A stretch of 64,000 nucleotides of DNA from Tubiluchus corallicola. Taxonomy: Eukaryota; Animalia; Priapulida. Positions 27,576 through 40,696 of this stretch are shown here, one piece after another. Positions within the stretch are counted from its first letter, which is position 1, and the number at the start of each line of letters is the position of its first letter. The DNA is taken from assembly GCA_030141605.1 (NCBI GenBank), contig JAQGDQ010001002.1:1-64000 (forward strand), written 5' to 3'. A model generated the notes under the pieces. The model saw only the letters and a list, made by a program, of their open reading frames with translations, searched no databases and had not been told where the DNA came from. The position numbers and the translations under genes are program-made.

Positions 27576-28384
27576 ATCGAAACTGTGACTATTCTCGTGA
27601 ATGCTCAATCTGAAATAAGCAAATACAATGAAGTGTTATTTACGGCTTGGTCAGCTAAAACCATTTTAGCAATGTCAAGATTCTAACTGCACAGGATCTA
27701 GAGTTCGAATCGCACGAGTTTCATGACGATCCGATCTTTTGTTACAGAAATACAAGAGAAAAACCTACTGTGGACAGTGGACGAATAAACACACGGACAG
27801 TAGGGTCATTTAAAATTTAAAAATTCAACAAGAAAATAGTCAAACTTACCAATTTAATGTTGCTTTTGAGAATAGCGTTATCTGAAAAAATAACAACTTT
27901 TAATTACATGCAATAAACGTTAACTTTCTTATAATTTTATGGCAACTCTAATGTTAATATACAGGGTCAAAATAAGTAATAACGAATATGAAGGCTTGAT
28001 GAACAAAAGGGGAATCCATCTTTATCCATTCACTGTTTCTAGTTTTAGGCAGGCCTGATTTTGTCAAACCCTTGTACAAATATACAGTTATCTTTCGCTT
28101 ATCAATAAACTAAGGTTTATTACAAGTTTTTTTTACAGTAAATTCCCTATTATTTTAATTATGTCTAACCTCCACAACCACTTCCGGAAGAGGTAGTACT
28201 TTAACAAAAACTAAAAGACAGTTGTGCTCCAGAACTCTTACTGTGGAATAATGGAATGAAAGACAAATACTTTCTTGAAAATCATTTGAGGGTTTTTTAA
28301 TTTTGTCCTCTCCCATTAAACGAGAAATAGCCACGTTTTAGGTAAGTGAAATGAAAGTTGTTCATACTTTAGAAACAAACCCAT

Positions 28385-28830
28385 ATCCTCCCATGCCCTC
28401 TGTGTAATGAAATTCAGTCGTGCTTTAGAAAGCCATGTCCGCCCCTCCCCTCTGTAAAATGAAATTCAGTCATTCTTTAGAAAGCCATGTCCTCCCATCC
28501 CCTGTGTGTAATGAAATTCAGTCATGATTTTAGTTAGAAGAAAGCCATGTCCTCCCATCCCCTCTGTGAAATGAAATTCAGTCTTGCTTTAGAAAGCCAT
28601 CTCTTCCCATCCCCTCTGTGAAATGAAATTCAGTCATGCTTTAGAAAGCCACGTCCTCCCATCCCCTCTGTGTAATGAAATTCAGTCTTGCTTTAGAAAG
28701 CCATCTCTTCCCATCCCCTGTGTGAAATGAAATTCAGTCATGCTTTAGAAAGCCATGTCCTCCCATCCCCTGTGTGAAATGAAATTCAGTCTTGCTTTAG
28801 AAAGCCATGTCCTCCCATCCCCTGTGTGAA
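28385..28830. repeat. 52-bp minisatellite, ~8 copies
   Basis: Unit aatgaaattcagtcatgctttagaaagccatgtcctcccatcccctctgtgt. Confidence 0.9.
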
Positions 28831-29437
28831 AGGGAAAACTGTTATTCCAACAAAGTATATGTTAAAGGGAAAATCTACATTTTTCGTGAAACTTCTATTG
28901 TATATAAATACATTTTTTACTGGTTGAATCAATATTAATAGTTCGTAAAATAAGGAGGGAACAAGGTTGGGGTGGGATGGACAGCCTGCAGTCCCCTCCC
29001 GGCCCATCTTTCCTTTCCTTGACGAGGGCCTAAAGTTCCTTCATTTCCTTTTAAGTGTTCCCGTTATCTTTAAAAGAAATATTTCGTAGAATTTGCTAAA
29101 CGAGACCCTGTACTGAAAAAGTTCTAACCAGAAATTTGTTACCACAATTCAGGATTTTGTTAACTTCAAATGCTTCCCAAAAGTTCTAACATTGAGCTGT
29201 TAACCTCTGATTCTATTTACGAACTAATATGGTACAGAACCTTAGTGGTATGCATTCTGTACATGCAGATTTATACTTCTATACATAGCGCGCGTGTATA
29301 GAAGTATGTACATGTACAGTGTATATCACTACTGTACAGAACAAACTTTCAGTAAAGACAGACAAGTCCTAGGCATTAACTGACTGACAGCTTCTTTCTA
29401 CTAACATACTGTGAGTACTTGAGGGAAGCATATATTA

Positions 29438-29808
29438 TTATGCAGCTTAAAGAACTGTACAAAAAGTTATGCAGTTTAAAGAACTGTACAAAAAGTTCTG
29501 CGGTTTAAAGAACTGTACAGAAAGTTATGCAGTTTAAAGAACTGTACAAAAAGTTATGCGGTTTAAAGAACTGTACAAAAAGTTATGCAGCTTAAAGAAC
29601 TGTACAAAAAGTTCTGCGATTTAAAGAACTGTACAAAAAGTTATGCGGTTTAAAGAACTGTACAAAAAGTTCTGCGGTTTAAAGAACTGTACAGAAAGTT
29701 CTGCGGTTTAAAGAACTGTACAAAAAGTTCTGCGGTTTAAAGAACTGTACAAAAAGTTATGCAGCTTAAAGAACTACAGAAAGCTATGCAGTTGAAAGAA
29801 CTGTACAG
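29438..29808. repeat. 29-bp minisatellite, ~13 copies
   Basis: Unit tatgcagtttaaagaactgtacaaaaagt. Confidence 0.95.
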
Positions 29809-30629
29809 TGATTTCAAATTTTTATGCAGATCATTTAGATCTCTGTTCAAAAGTAACTTCCTATATTTTGTCCATTACTTTAGCTAATAATTCAAAACCT
29901 GATTCACCTCCCAGCCTAACCTTGTTAATTGCAGGTCTTTCACAAATTATTTAATAATATTTTAGTCTAATATTTGCAAAATCCATCTGTATTTTTGTAA
30001 AGCATTTCATTTATAAGCTTTTTGGGCTGTGACTAGCAAGTGTTTTAGCTGACTGGTTGTGCCGCCTGGTGTTTGCTTTTTGTTGAACTAGCTTTAGGGC
30101 GAAATTAGTAATCTTGGCAATTGAAGTGAAGTTAACCAGAGCTAAGACTAGAAAGTAATTAGATGAGTGACCACTACTAAAAATCACATACGCTAAAACA
30201 TGGCTGACTTTGTTTAGGAATTGAAATTTTATAGAGTAAAGACTAGATAGCACACGGATGAGTCGCCACTACTAAAATCATATTAGCCAAAACATGGCTG
30301 ACTTAGTTTAGCAATCGAAGCTAGAGACCCGATAGTAAATGAATGGGTGACCATATCAAAATCACAGTTCACCTTCCTGGTCCAATGTCTACTCTTAGAT
30401 GATTAGTTTTCATAAAGAGTCTAGTTGCAGTCCTTCCACAACAACATGACCTTGCAGTTGAATGCAAAAATATCCCTAATCTTAAACTCCTGTCTCTTAA
30501 GCAGCAGACCAAATCTGGCAAAGTCATTTGAAGTTAATTTCTTCTCAGGCTTCAGTGTTGATTATTTTCAATTTAATCAATTCAATTTTGATCCTACAAT
30601 CGTTAATGAAGCTTTTTTCTGTACCATAA

Positions 30630-31610
30630 TTGTTCGTCCTGTTTCAATAACGATAACTTTCAATTTTATCCACTGCAATTTCAATCGTTTAATCTTTAAT
30701 GGAGTTTTGTACGTTCTATAATTGTTGGTACGAGTTCAATACCGATAACTTTCAATTTTATTCACTGCAATTTCAATCGTTTAATCTTTAATGGAGTTTT
30801 TGTATGTTCTATAATTGTTGGTACGAGTTCAATGCCGATAACTTTCAATTTTATTCACTGCAATTTCAATCGTTTAATCTTTAATGGAGTTTTTGTATGT
30901 TCTATAATTGTTGGTACGAGTTCAATGCCGATAACTTTCAATTTTATCCACAGCAATTTCAATCGTTCAGTCTTTAATGGAGTTTTGTATGTTCTATAAT
31001 TGTTGGTACGAGTTCAATGCCGATAACTTTCAATTTTATCCACAGCAATTTCAATCGTTCAGTCTTTAATGGAGTTTTGTATGTTCTATAATTGTTGGTA
31101 CGAGTTCAATGCCGATAACTTTCAATTTTATCCACAGCAATTTCAATCGTTCAGTCTTTAATGGAGTTTTGTATGTTCTATAATTGTTGGTACGAGTTCA
31201 ATGCCGATAACTTTCAATTTTATCCACAGCAATTTCAATCGTTCAGTCTTTAATGGAGTTTTGTATGTTCTATAATTGTTGGTACGAGTTCAATACCGAT
31301 AACTTTCAATTTTATCCACGGCAATTTCAATCGTTTAATCTTTAATGAGTTTTTCTGTGCTATAATTGTTGGTACAAGTTTAATACCGATAACTTTCAAT
31401 TTTATCCACTGCAATTTCAATCGTTTAATCTTTAATGGAGTTTTTGTGTGTTCTATAATTGTTGGTACGAGTTCAATACCGATAACTTTCAATTTTATAC
31501 ACTGCAATTTCAATCGTTCAATGTTTAATGGAGTTTTGTATGTTCTATAATTGTTGGTACAAGTTCAATACCGATAACTTTCAATTTTGTCCACAATCGT
31601 TCATCTTTAA
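30630..31610. repeat. ~92-bp satellite, array 1
   Basis: Unit ccgataactttcaattttatccacagcaatttcaatcgtt...ggtacgagttcaatg. Confidence 0.95.
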
Positions 31611-32734
31611 GGAACCTTTTTTCGTACTGTATTTTTCAATGATTATGTTCAGTTTCAACAAGGGCATTTTGACCTTGTAATCTTTAATTGGATGCTGTTT
31701 TTTGTAACGTATTTGTTGGTTCTGTTTCAATGCCGATTACATATTCAACTTCAACAAAGTGATTTCGATTGACAAAGTTCAACTTTATTAAGCAGTTTTA
31801 ACTGTGCAATCTTTAATAACGTACATTTCTCCATACGTCATGACAGGAGTTTTTCCCTGATGCCTTAATATTTTTTGAAATATTCTAGTTTCGGTACTTT
31901 TTTTACCTTCGTCATTGTCATGTCACTTTGTGTGAAATATTAGGAGTAGTTGTCACCACGGTTATCAGTTTTACTTGTTTACTGCTTTATTACTGATTAA
32001 TAATCAGTGATTATGTTCAATTTCATCAAGTCAATTCTTTAAAACATTCAGTTTTTCTCTTATAATACATTTGTCGCCTTGATGGCAGTTTTTTCGTTAC
32101 TATCACATCATTTTATGCGACACGTTGATGATGGTAGTTTCCATCACTGTTCTATAACATCCATCACTAGTCTGTGACATGGCTATGTATAATGTTACTC
32201 GATGAATCTGTAATGTGATCTTTATCGCTCTACTACAATCTCATTTCATATGGAATCTATCACTACATTTTTTTCATGAACCAGTAATGTTAATTTCCAT
32301 CATTTTGTCATACAAAGATTTGTTCATCCTTTCCCAGCATATGAGGAATAATGGCTGAATGTTTATTCTATGAAAATAATTGCTATTATGACACACAACC
32401 TTGTATATAGTCAAGCTGTTATTTTGACTATAGGCATCAAGTTTGCCACGTTGCATAATTAAAACCTTGTATATAGTCAAGCGTTTATTTTGACTATAGG
32501 CATCAAGTTTGCCATCTTGCATAATTTAAAGATGTTGCCTAATATTGTAACCATGGCTGTCCATGTATACATAACGTTTGAATATACAATCAATTAAATA
32601 TGGCTAAAATATTAAATATGGCTGAAATATGTGTCGCCATGTTATTAAAAATTAGCTTCCCACCGCCTGGTCACTATCGGCATGGGAGGGGGATCAATTC
32701 TATTATGAAAACTTTTAACGGTTCGAATCCTTAA

Positions 32735-33050
32735 AACGTTTTGAGCGTACTTTAAACAATTACGCTTCTTAATTAAAGAACCATTGGTGCTTCAAATCAT
32801 TGAAACGTTATGAGCGTACTTTAAACAATTACGCTTCTTAACTAAAACAACATTTGTGCTTCGATTCATTACAACGTTATGAGCGTACTTTAAACAATTA
32901 CGCTTCTTAATTAAAACAACATTTGTGCTTCAAATCATTAAAGCGTTTTGAGCGTACTTTAAACAATTACGCTTCTTAATTAAAACAACATTTGTGCTTC
33001 AAATCATTAAAGCGTTTTGAGCGTACTTTAAACAATTACGCTTCTTAATT
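32735..33050. repeat. 69-bp tandem repeat, ~4.5 copies
   Basis: gagcgtactttaaacaattacgcttcttaa recurs every 69 bp. Confidence 0.9.
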
Positions 33051-33269
33051 AATGCACCAGAAATAGAAATTATTATTAATGATCGTTTTCAATCCCCCTC
33101 CCCCTGCTCTTCAGAAAATTCCTCCTCATCGGCTCGGTAACTGCCGCCTCACAAACATCCAGCATCATCAGCATCGTGGTCACTCTATCTTATAAATTGT
33201 TTTTTTGCACAACTTGTATACGATACAGTGCAAATAACTTAACACACTGTAGCTTATACAGTATACTGC

Positions 33270-33730
33270 AGTTTTTAGAAATACTGCAGCTTAAAGGATA
33301 TGTAACGATTAATAGAACATATTGCAGTTTGTATGATATATTGTTGTTTGTTGAAGGTTGCAGTTTCTAGAAATATCGCAGCTTATAGGACGTGTTACAA
33401 TTAATAGAATATACTGCAGTTGCTACATATATTGCAGTTAACAGAATATTGCAGTTATAGTGTATGTTACCATTAATAGAATATACTGCAGTTGCTACGA
33501 TATATTGCAGTTAATAGAATATTGCAACACAATATTGCAGCTTATAGGACGTGTTACAATTAATAGAATATACTGCAGTTGCTACGATATATTGCAGTTA
33601 ACAGAATATTGCAGCATATAGTGTATGTTACCATTAATAGAATATACTGCAGTTGCTACGATATATGGCAGTTAATAGAATATTGCAGCTTATGGGATAT
33701 GTGACAATTACTAGAATATATTGCACTTTA
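33270..33730. repeat. Degenerate tandem repeat (ttaatagaatatactgcagtt family)
   Basis: Recurrent tgcagtt and aatagaata motifs. Confidence 0.75.
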
Positions 33731-34364
33731 GAATACAATGCATTGCAGAAAATTTGTGTTGAATATCAACTTTAAATATTATGTTAAATATGTAAGCACT
33801 TTTATATTTTATATTAAAAAATCCGAGAAACTGTAATGTATTCGCTGATGATGCTGAAGCTCTAAATTGCTAATAGCAATTAACGTTCAAATTGAAACGT
33901 AATTCTCCAAGCCTCCGGAGAGAAATTTGGGTCATCTTGCTTTTGACTTGGCACATTCTCACAGTACAAAGCTGTCTTGCGCTGGCTTTTAACTTGCCAA
34001 CATTGAAATAAATTATTTTGCTTATAACCTCCAAAGAGAAACTGTGTTAGCTTTTTGCTGACATTAAAATGAATATTTTTGCTCATAACAGGAGAAGTTG
34101 AATCTTGAACTTGTTCGCAATGTCAGAATGAGCATTTTTGAACATCAAAGAAATGTTCAGTTGAACATATTTGGAACGTTTTGAACATTTTTTCTACATA
34201 TATTTTAATGAACATAATAGTAATCATAACAAAAATACGGAGTCCTCCATGGGTCCAGTTACCGAGCCTTCATAAGTACATAATATAGCAGCTTAACTCT
34301 TAGTATAACCACTGCTATAACTACAGAATTATGTAAATATGTAAATACAGAAGTTTTTTGAATA

Positions 34365-35020
34365 TTGTTTGATGAAATGATACAAATTGGAGTTTTTTGA
34401 CTTTTTTCTCCATTGTAAATAAATTGTTTGATGAAATGATATGACTTGTTCTTGAAATGCAAATTGGAGTTTTTTTACTTTTTTCTCCATTGTAAATAAA
34501 TTGTTTGGTGTTCATAATATGACTTGTTCTTGAAATGTAAATTGGAGTTTTTTACTTTTTTCTCCATTGTAAATTGTTTGATGAAATGATTTGACTTGTT
34601 CTTGAAATGTAAATTGGAGTTTTTTTACTTTTTCCTCCATTGTAAATTTCATCAGAGTTTTTGACTTTTTTCTCCATTGTAAATAGTTTGATGTAATGAT
34701 TTGACTTGTTCTTGAAATGTAAATTGGAGTTTTTTACTTTTTTCTCCATTGTAAATAGTTTGATGTAATGATTTGACTTGTTCTTGAAATGTAAATTGGA
34801 GTTTTTTACTTTTTTCTCCATTGTAAATAGTTTGATGAAATGATTTGACTTGTTCTTGAAATGTAAATTGGAGTTTTTTACTTTTTTCTCCATTGTAAAT
34901 AGTTTGATGAAATGATTTGACTTGTTCTTGAAATGTAAATTGGAGTTTTTTACTTTTTTCTCCATTGTAAATAGTTTGATGAAATGATTTGACTTGTTCT
35001 TGAAATGTAAATTGGAGTGT
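34365..35020. repeat. ~72-bp satellite
   Basis: Unit containing aaattggagttttttacttttttctccattgtaaat; 24-aa periodicity in ORF 34552-34965. Confidence 0.9.
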
Positions 35021-35554
35021 TTTTATGTTTATTCATGTAATGTTAGTATGTTTGCTTAACCCTTGAAGGGTCACGATTCCCCGCCCCCACACCATAATTG
35101 CTTATTGCTTGGATATTTTTCGTTGTGTATTGTAAATAAACAATTTTTGTATTTAAACAAATCAGATACTTTTATTCTGCTTGTATACTCCCATAAATGG
35201 TGCTTAAACTAAATATATAATTACAGGACAAACGTCCTATTAACGAGAACACACAACATTTTAACAACGCATTTAATAACACACCACAAGCAGTTACTGA
35301 GTCAGCTTTTCATAAGATACTTATTAAACGAGCGATTAATACACGTTAGTGTGATCACATGACTGATCTGATTGTAAATAAATTGCTTGATAAAATGATC
35401 ACGTGACTGTTCTGATTGTAAATAAATTGCTTGATAAAGTGATCACATGACTGTTCTAATTGTAAATAAATTGCTGACAACAATTCATATTAATAATGTG
35501 TGCAAAACTTCATAAAAATTTTACAGAAAGTTTACAGGCTGCAGCCAAGAATTA

Positions 35555-35830
35555 ATGGAATGGGTGCTACTGTAAATGAACTTACACGAGTGGCGACATC
35601 TCCTGGGCTGTTTAAAAAGGTTTTGATACGTAAGGATGTAGATGCAGATGAAACAGCTTGTGTTGTGTTAGCATTTTATGCAATAGACATGAACACATTT
35701 ATTTATATTTCATTCACGTAGTCTGTTTTGCAAATTTTGGAAATTTACATTGTGAGCAACCATAGTTTATTTGTGTCCTGCAAATGGCGAGGCCCTTATG
35801 TTTCTCACGAACTAATGAAATATTGTCTTA
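35555..35830 (+). repeat. Dispersed ~275-bp repeat, copy 2
   Basis: Matches 3021-3296. Confidence 0.9.
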
Positions 35831-35884
35831 TACCTGATTGGCTGAAATATGTAATTCCGCTGGAAATAAATAAATAACCAAATG

Positions 35885-35999
35885 AGTAAAGAAAGAAAGA
35901 AGGAAGCAACGAAGGAAGGAAGAAATAAAGAAAAAAAGAAAGAAAGAATGAATGAAAGAAAGAAAGAAAGAAGATATGAAAGAAAGGAAGAAGGAAGGA

Positions 36000-36030
<31 letters not shown>

Positions 36031-36295
36031 CAGGCAGGAAGGCAGGCAGGCAGGAAGGAAGGAAGGAAGATATGAAAGAAAGAAAGAAAGAAAGCAGGCA
36101 GGCAGGCAGGCAGGCAGGAAGGAAGGAAGGAAGGAAGGAAGGAAGATATGAAAGAAACAAAGAAAGAAAGAAAGAAATCTGGCCTGGTCTGGTCTGGTCT
36201 GGTCTGGTCTGGTCTGGTCTGGTCTGATCTGATCTGGTCTGGTCTGGTCTTGCCTGGTCTGATCTGATCTGATCTGATCTGATCAAATCTAATCT
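35885..36295. repeat. (GAAA/GGAA/GGCA)n followed by (GGTCT/GATCT)n microsatellites
   Basis: Read directly. Confidence 0.95.
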
Positions 36296-36426
36296 GAAAA
36301 CCAATCTAAAATAAATTATTGACACAGTCTCAATAAACAATACAGTGTTCAAACAAGATTGTAAAAGTTGAACTTAAATTAACTAGTTTTCAGTCTAGTC
36401 CTTTTGAAATGTAATTTGAAATGTAG

Positions 36427-36740
36427 AATCATAATTACAGTAACTACGTAAAATAAGTAACTCAAATCATAATTACAGTAAATCACGTAAATCACAATTA
36501 CAGTAACTACGTAAAATAAGTAACTCAAATCATAATTACAGTAACTACGTAAAATAAGTAACTCAAATCATAATTACAGTAACTACGTAAAATAAATAAC
36601 TCAAATCATAATTACAGTAAATCACGTAAATCACAATTACAGTAACTACGGAAAATAAGTAACTCAAATCATAATTACAGTAACTACGTAAAATAAGTAA
36701 CTCAAATCATAATTACAGTAAATCACGTAAATCACAATTT
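36427..36740. repeat. ~38-bp tandem repeat with shorter variant units
   Basis: Unit aatcataattacagtaactacgtaaaataagtaactca. Confidence 0.9.
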
Positions 36741-36741
36741 A

Positions 36742-37695
36742 AACCGATAAATTTCCAATTTTATCCACGGCAATTTCAATCGTTCAATATTTAATGGAGT
36801 TTTGTATGTTCTATAATTGTTGGTACGAGTTCAATGCCCATAAGTTCCAATTTTATCCACAATCGTTCATCTTTAATGGAGTTTTGTATGTTCTATAATT
36901 GTTAGTACGAGTTCAATACCGATAACTTTCAATTTTATCCACGGCAATTTCAATCGTTCAATATTTAATGGAGTTTTGTATGTTCTATAATTGTTAGTAC
37001 GAGTTCAATACCGATAACTTTCAATTTTATACACTGCAATTTCAATCGTTCAATGTTTAATGGAGTTTTGTATGTTCTATAATTGTTGGTACGAGTTCAA
37101 TGCCCATAACTTCCAATTTTATCCACAATCGTTCATCTTTAATGGAGTTTTGTATGTTCTATAATTGTTAGTACGAGTTCAATACCGATAACTTTCAATT
37201 TTATCCACGGCAATTTCAATCGTTCAATATTTAATGGAGTTTTGTATGTTCTATAATTGTTAGTACGAGTTCAATACCGATAACTTTCAATTTTATCCAC
37301 GGCAATTTCAATCGTTCAATCTTTAATGGAGTTTTGTATGTTCTATAATTGTTAGTACGAGTTCAATACCGATAGCTTTCAATTTTATCCACGGCAATTT
37401 CAATCGTTCAATATTTAATGGAGTTTTGTATGTTCTATAATTGTTAGTACGAGTTCAATACCGATAACTTTCAATTTTATACACTGCAATTTCAATCGTT
37501 CATTCTTTAATGGAGTTTTGTATGTTCTATAATTGTTGGTACGAGTTCAATACCGATAACTTTCAATTTTATTCACTGCAATTTCAATCGTTCAATCTTT
37601 AATGGAGTTTTTGTATGTTCTATAATTTTTGGCACTAGTTCAATGCCAATAACTTTCAATTTTGTCAACAATCGTTCATCTTTAATGGAGTTTTG
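36742..37695. repeat. ~92-bp satellite, array 2 (same family as 30630-31610)
   Basis: Same unit sequence. Confidence 0.95.
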
Positions 37696-38884
37696 AACGT
37701 GCTATCTTTAAGGAACCTTTTTTCGTACAGTATTTTTCAATGATCATGTTCAGTTTCAACAAATGAATTTTGATCTTGCAATCTTTAAATAGCGGCTGTT
37801 TTCTGTACCGTTATTGTTGGTACAGTTTCAATGCCGACTGTTACGTTCAACTTTATCAAGCAGTTTTAACTGTGCAATCTTTCATAACGTGCATTTCTCC
37901 ATATGTCATGACAGGAGTTTTTCCCTGATGCCTTGGCATTTTTTGAAATATTCTAGTTTCGGTACTGTTTACCTTCGTCATTGTCATGTCACTTTATGTG
38001 ATATATTAGCAGTAGTTGTCACCACTGTTATCAGTTTTACTTGTTTACTGCTTTAGTACTGATTAATAATCAGTAATTATGTTCAATTTCATCAAGACAA
38101 TTCTTTAAAATATTAAGTTTCTCTCTTATAATGCATTTGTCGCCTTGATGGCAGTTTTTCACGTGACATTAATAGTGACACGCGTCACGTTACCATGTCT
38201 CTTCATTTGTAGCCTTGATGGCAGTTTTTTCGTTACTATTGCATCATTTTATTGACACGTTGATGATGGTACTTTCCATTACTGTTCTATAACATCCATC
38301 ACTATACTGTGACATGGCTATGTATCATGTTACTCGATGAAGACATTAATAGTGACTCGCATCACGTTATCATGTCTCTTCATTTGACGCCTTGATGGCA
38401 GATTTTTCGTTACTATCACATCATTTTATGTGACACGTTGATCACTATCACTACATTTTTTACATGAACCAGTAATGTTAATTTCAATCATTTTGTCATA
38501 CAAAGATTTGTTCATCCTTTCCCAGCATATGAGGAATAATGGCTGAATGTTTCTTCTATGAAAATAATTGCTATTATGACACACAACCTTGTATATAGTC
38601 AAGCTGTTATTTTGACTATAGGCACAAGTTTGCCACCTTGCATAATTTAAAGATGTTGCCTAATGTCGTAACCATGGCTGTCCATGTATAGATAACGTTT
38701 GAATATACAATCAATTAAATATGGCTGAAATATGTGTCGCCATGTTGTTAAAAATTAGCTTCCCACCGCCTGGTCACTATCGGCATGGGAGGGGGATCAA
38801 TTCTATTATGAACACTTTTTATGCTACAAATCATTAAAATGTTTTGAGCGTTCTTTGAACAATTACGCTTCTTAATGAACAATT

Positions 38885-39850
38885 AATGAATATTGTTTGA
38901 TGAAATGATTCAAAATTGGGAGTTTTTTTTACTTTTTTCTCCATTGTAAATATATAGCTTAATGAAATGATATGAATTGTTTGAATATTGCTTGATGAAA
39001 TGATACAAATTGGAGTTTTTTTACTTTTTTCTCCATTGTAAATATATAGCTTAATGAAATGATATGAATTGTTTGTATATTGCTTGATGAAATGATACAA
39101 ATTGGAGTTTTTTTACTTTTTTCTCCATTGTAAATAAGTTGCTTAATGAAATGATATGAATTGTTTGAATATTGCTTGATGAAATAATACAAATTGGAGT
39201 TTTTTTACTTTTTTCTCCATTGTAAATATATACCTTAATGAAATGATATGAATTGTTTGAATATTGCTTGATGAAATGATACAAATTGGAGTTTTTTTAC
39301 TTTTTTTTCCATTGTAAATAAGTTGCTTAATGAAATGGTATGAATTGTTTGAATATTGCTTGATGAAATGATACAAATTGGAGTTTTTTTACTTTTTTCT
39401 TCATTGTAAATAAATTGCTTAATGAAATGATATGAATTGTTTGAATATTGCTTAATGAAATGATATGAATTGTTTGAATATTGCTTGATCAAATGATACA
39501 AATGGGAGTTTTTTTACTTTTTTCTCCATTGTAAATAAATTGCTTAATGAATGAAATGATATGAATTGTTTGAATATTGCTTGATGAAATGATACAAATT
39601 GGAGTTTTTTACTTTTTTCTCCATTGTAAATAAATTGCTTAATGAATGAAATGATATGAATTGTTTGAATATTGCTTGATGAAATGATACAAATTGGAGT
39701 TTTTTACTTTTTTCTCCATTGTAAATAAATTGCTTAATGAATGAAATGATATGAATTGTTTGAATATTGCTTGATGAAATGATACAAATTGGAGTTTTTT
39801 GACTTTTTTCTCCATTGTAAATAAATTGTGTAATGAAATGTTATCACTTG
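38885..39850. repeat. ~92-bp satellite related to the 72-bp array at 34365
   Basis: Shares the core gatacaaattggagtttttttacttttttctccattgtaaat. Confidence 0.9.
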
Positions 39851-40696
39851 TTCTTAAAATGTTATTCTCTAGAAATTCTTTGTGCTGTAAATATTCTTTA
39901 TTGTGTATATTGTGTCAATATATTTTCAAATGTTAAATTGAAATTAACAATTGTAAATTGTTATTGTATTGTATTGTAAATAAACAATTTTTGTATTTAA
40001 ACAAATCAGATACTTTTATTCTGCATGTATACTCCCATAAATGATGTTTAAACTAAATGTATAATTAACGTTCTATTAACGAGAACACAACATTTTAACA
40101 ACGCATTTAATAACACACCACAAGCAGTTACTGGGTCAGCTTTTCAACAACATTTTAACAACGCATTTAATAACACACCACAAGCAGTTACTGGGTCAGC
40201 TTTTCATAAAATCCATATTAAAAAACGAGCGATTATTACACGTTTACGGCTAAAACATTTGATAATAAAAAAGTAAACAATGACTTGGTACTGCATGTTG
40301 TGAAAATGGTTGGAGGTGGTACGTTTTGTTTGCTGTTTTCACGCTTGCTTACTCGTCTGTTTAATTCTTTGCTTACTGACTTTTTGCTGTTTCGTTTGCT
40401 TATTTGCAACAATGCGCGTTTATTCAAGTAGTGTTTTGATCTTCAATGTTGTTCTTTTGTCTTTTGCAGTATAACCTCTTCCACCGTACGAACAACTACC
40501 AGTAGTCCTACCGCAGCCGGCCGCCATTGTTGTCGTATATTTACAAATATAATTAGTTACATATTTACAATACATACATGAATATAATAACGCACAAAAT
40601 TATAGAACGGGAAAACAAAACAATAAACAGACAGAAATGACAATTATTAACTTTAATAATTATACTTGAAAGTGCCAAACAATTATTTCTATCCTC

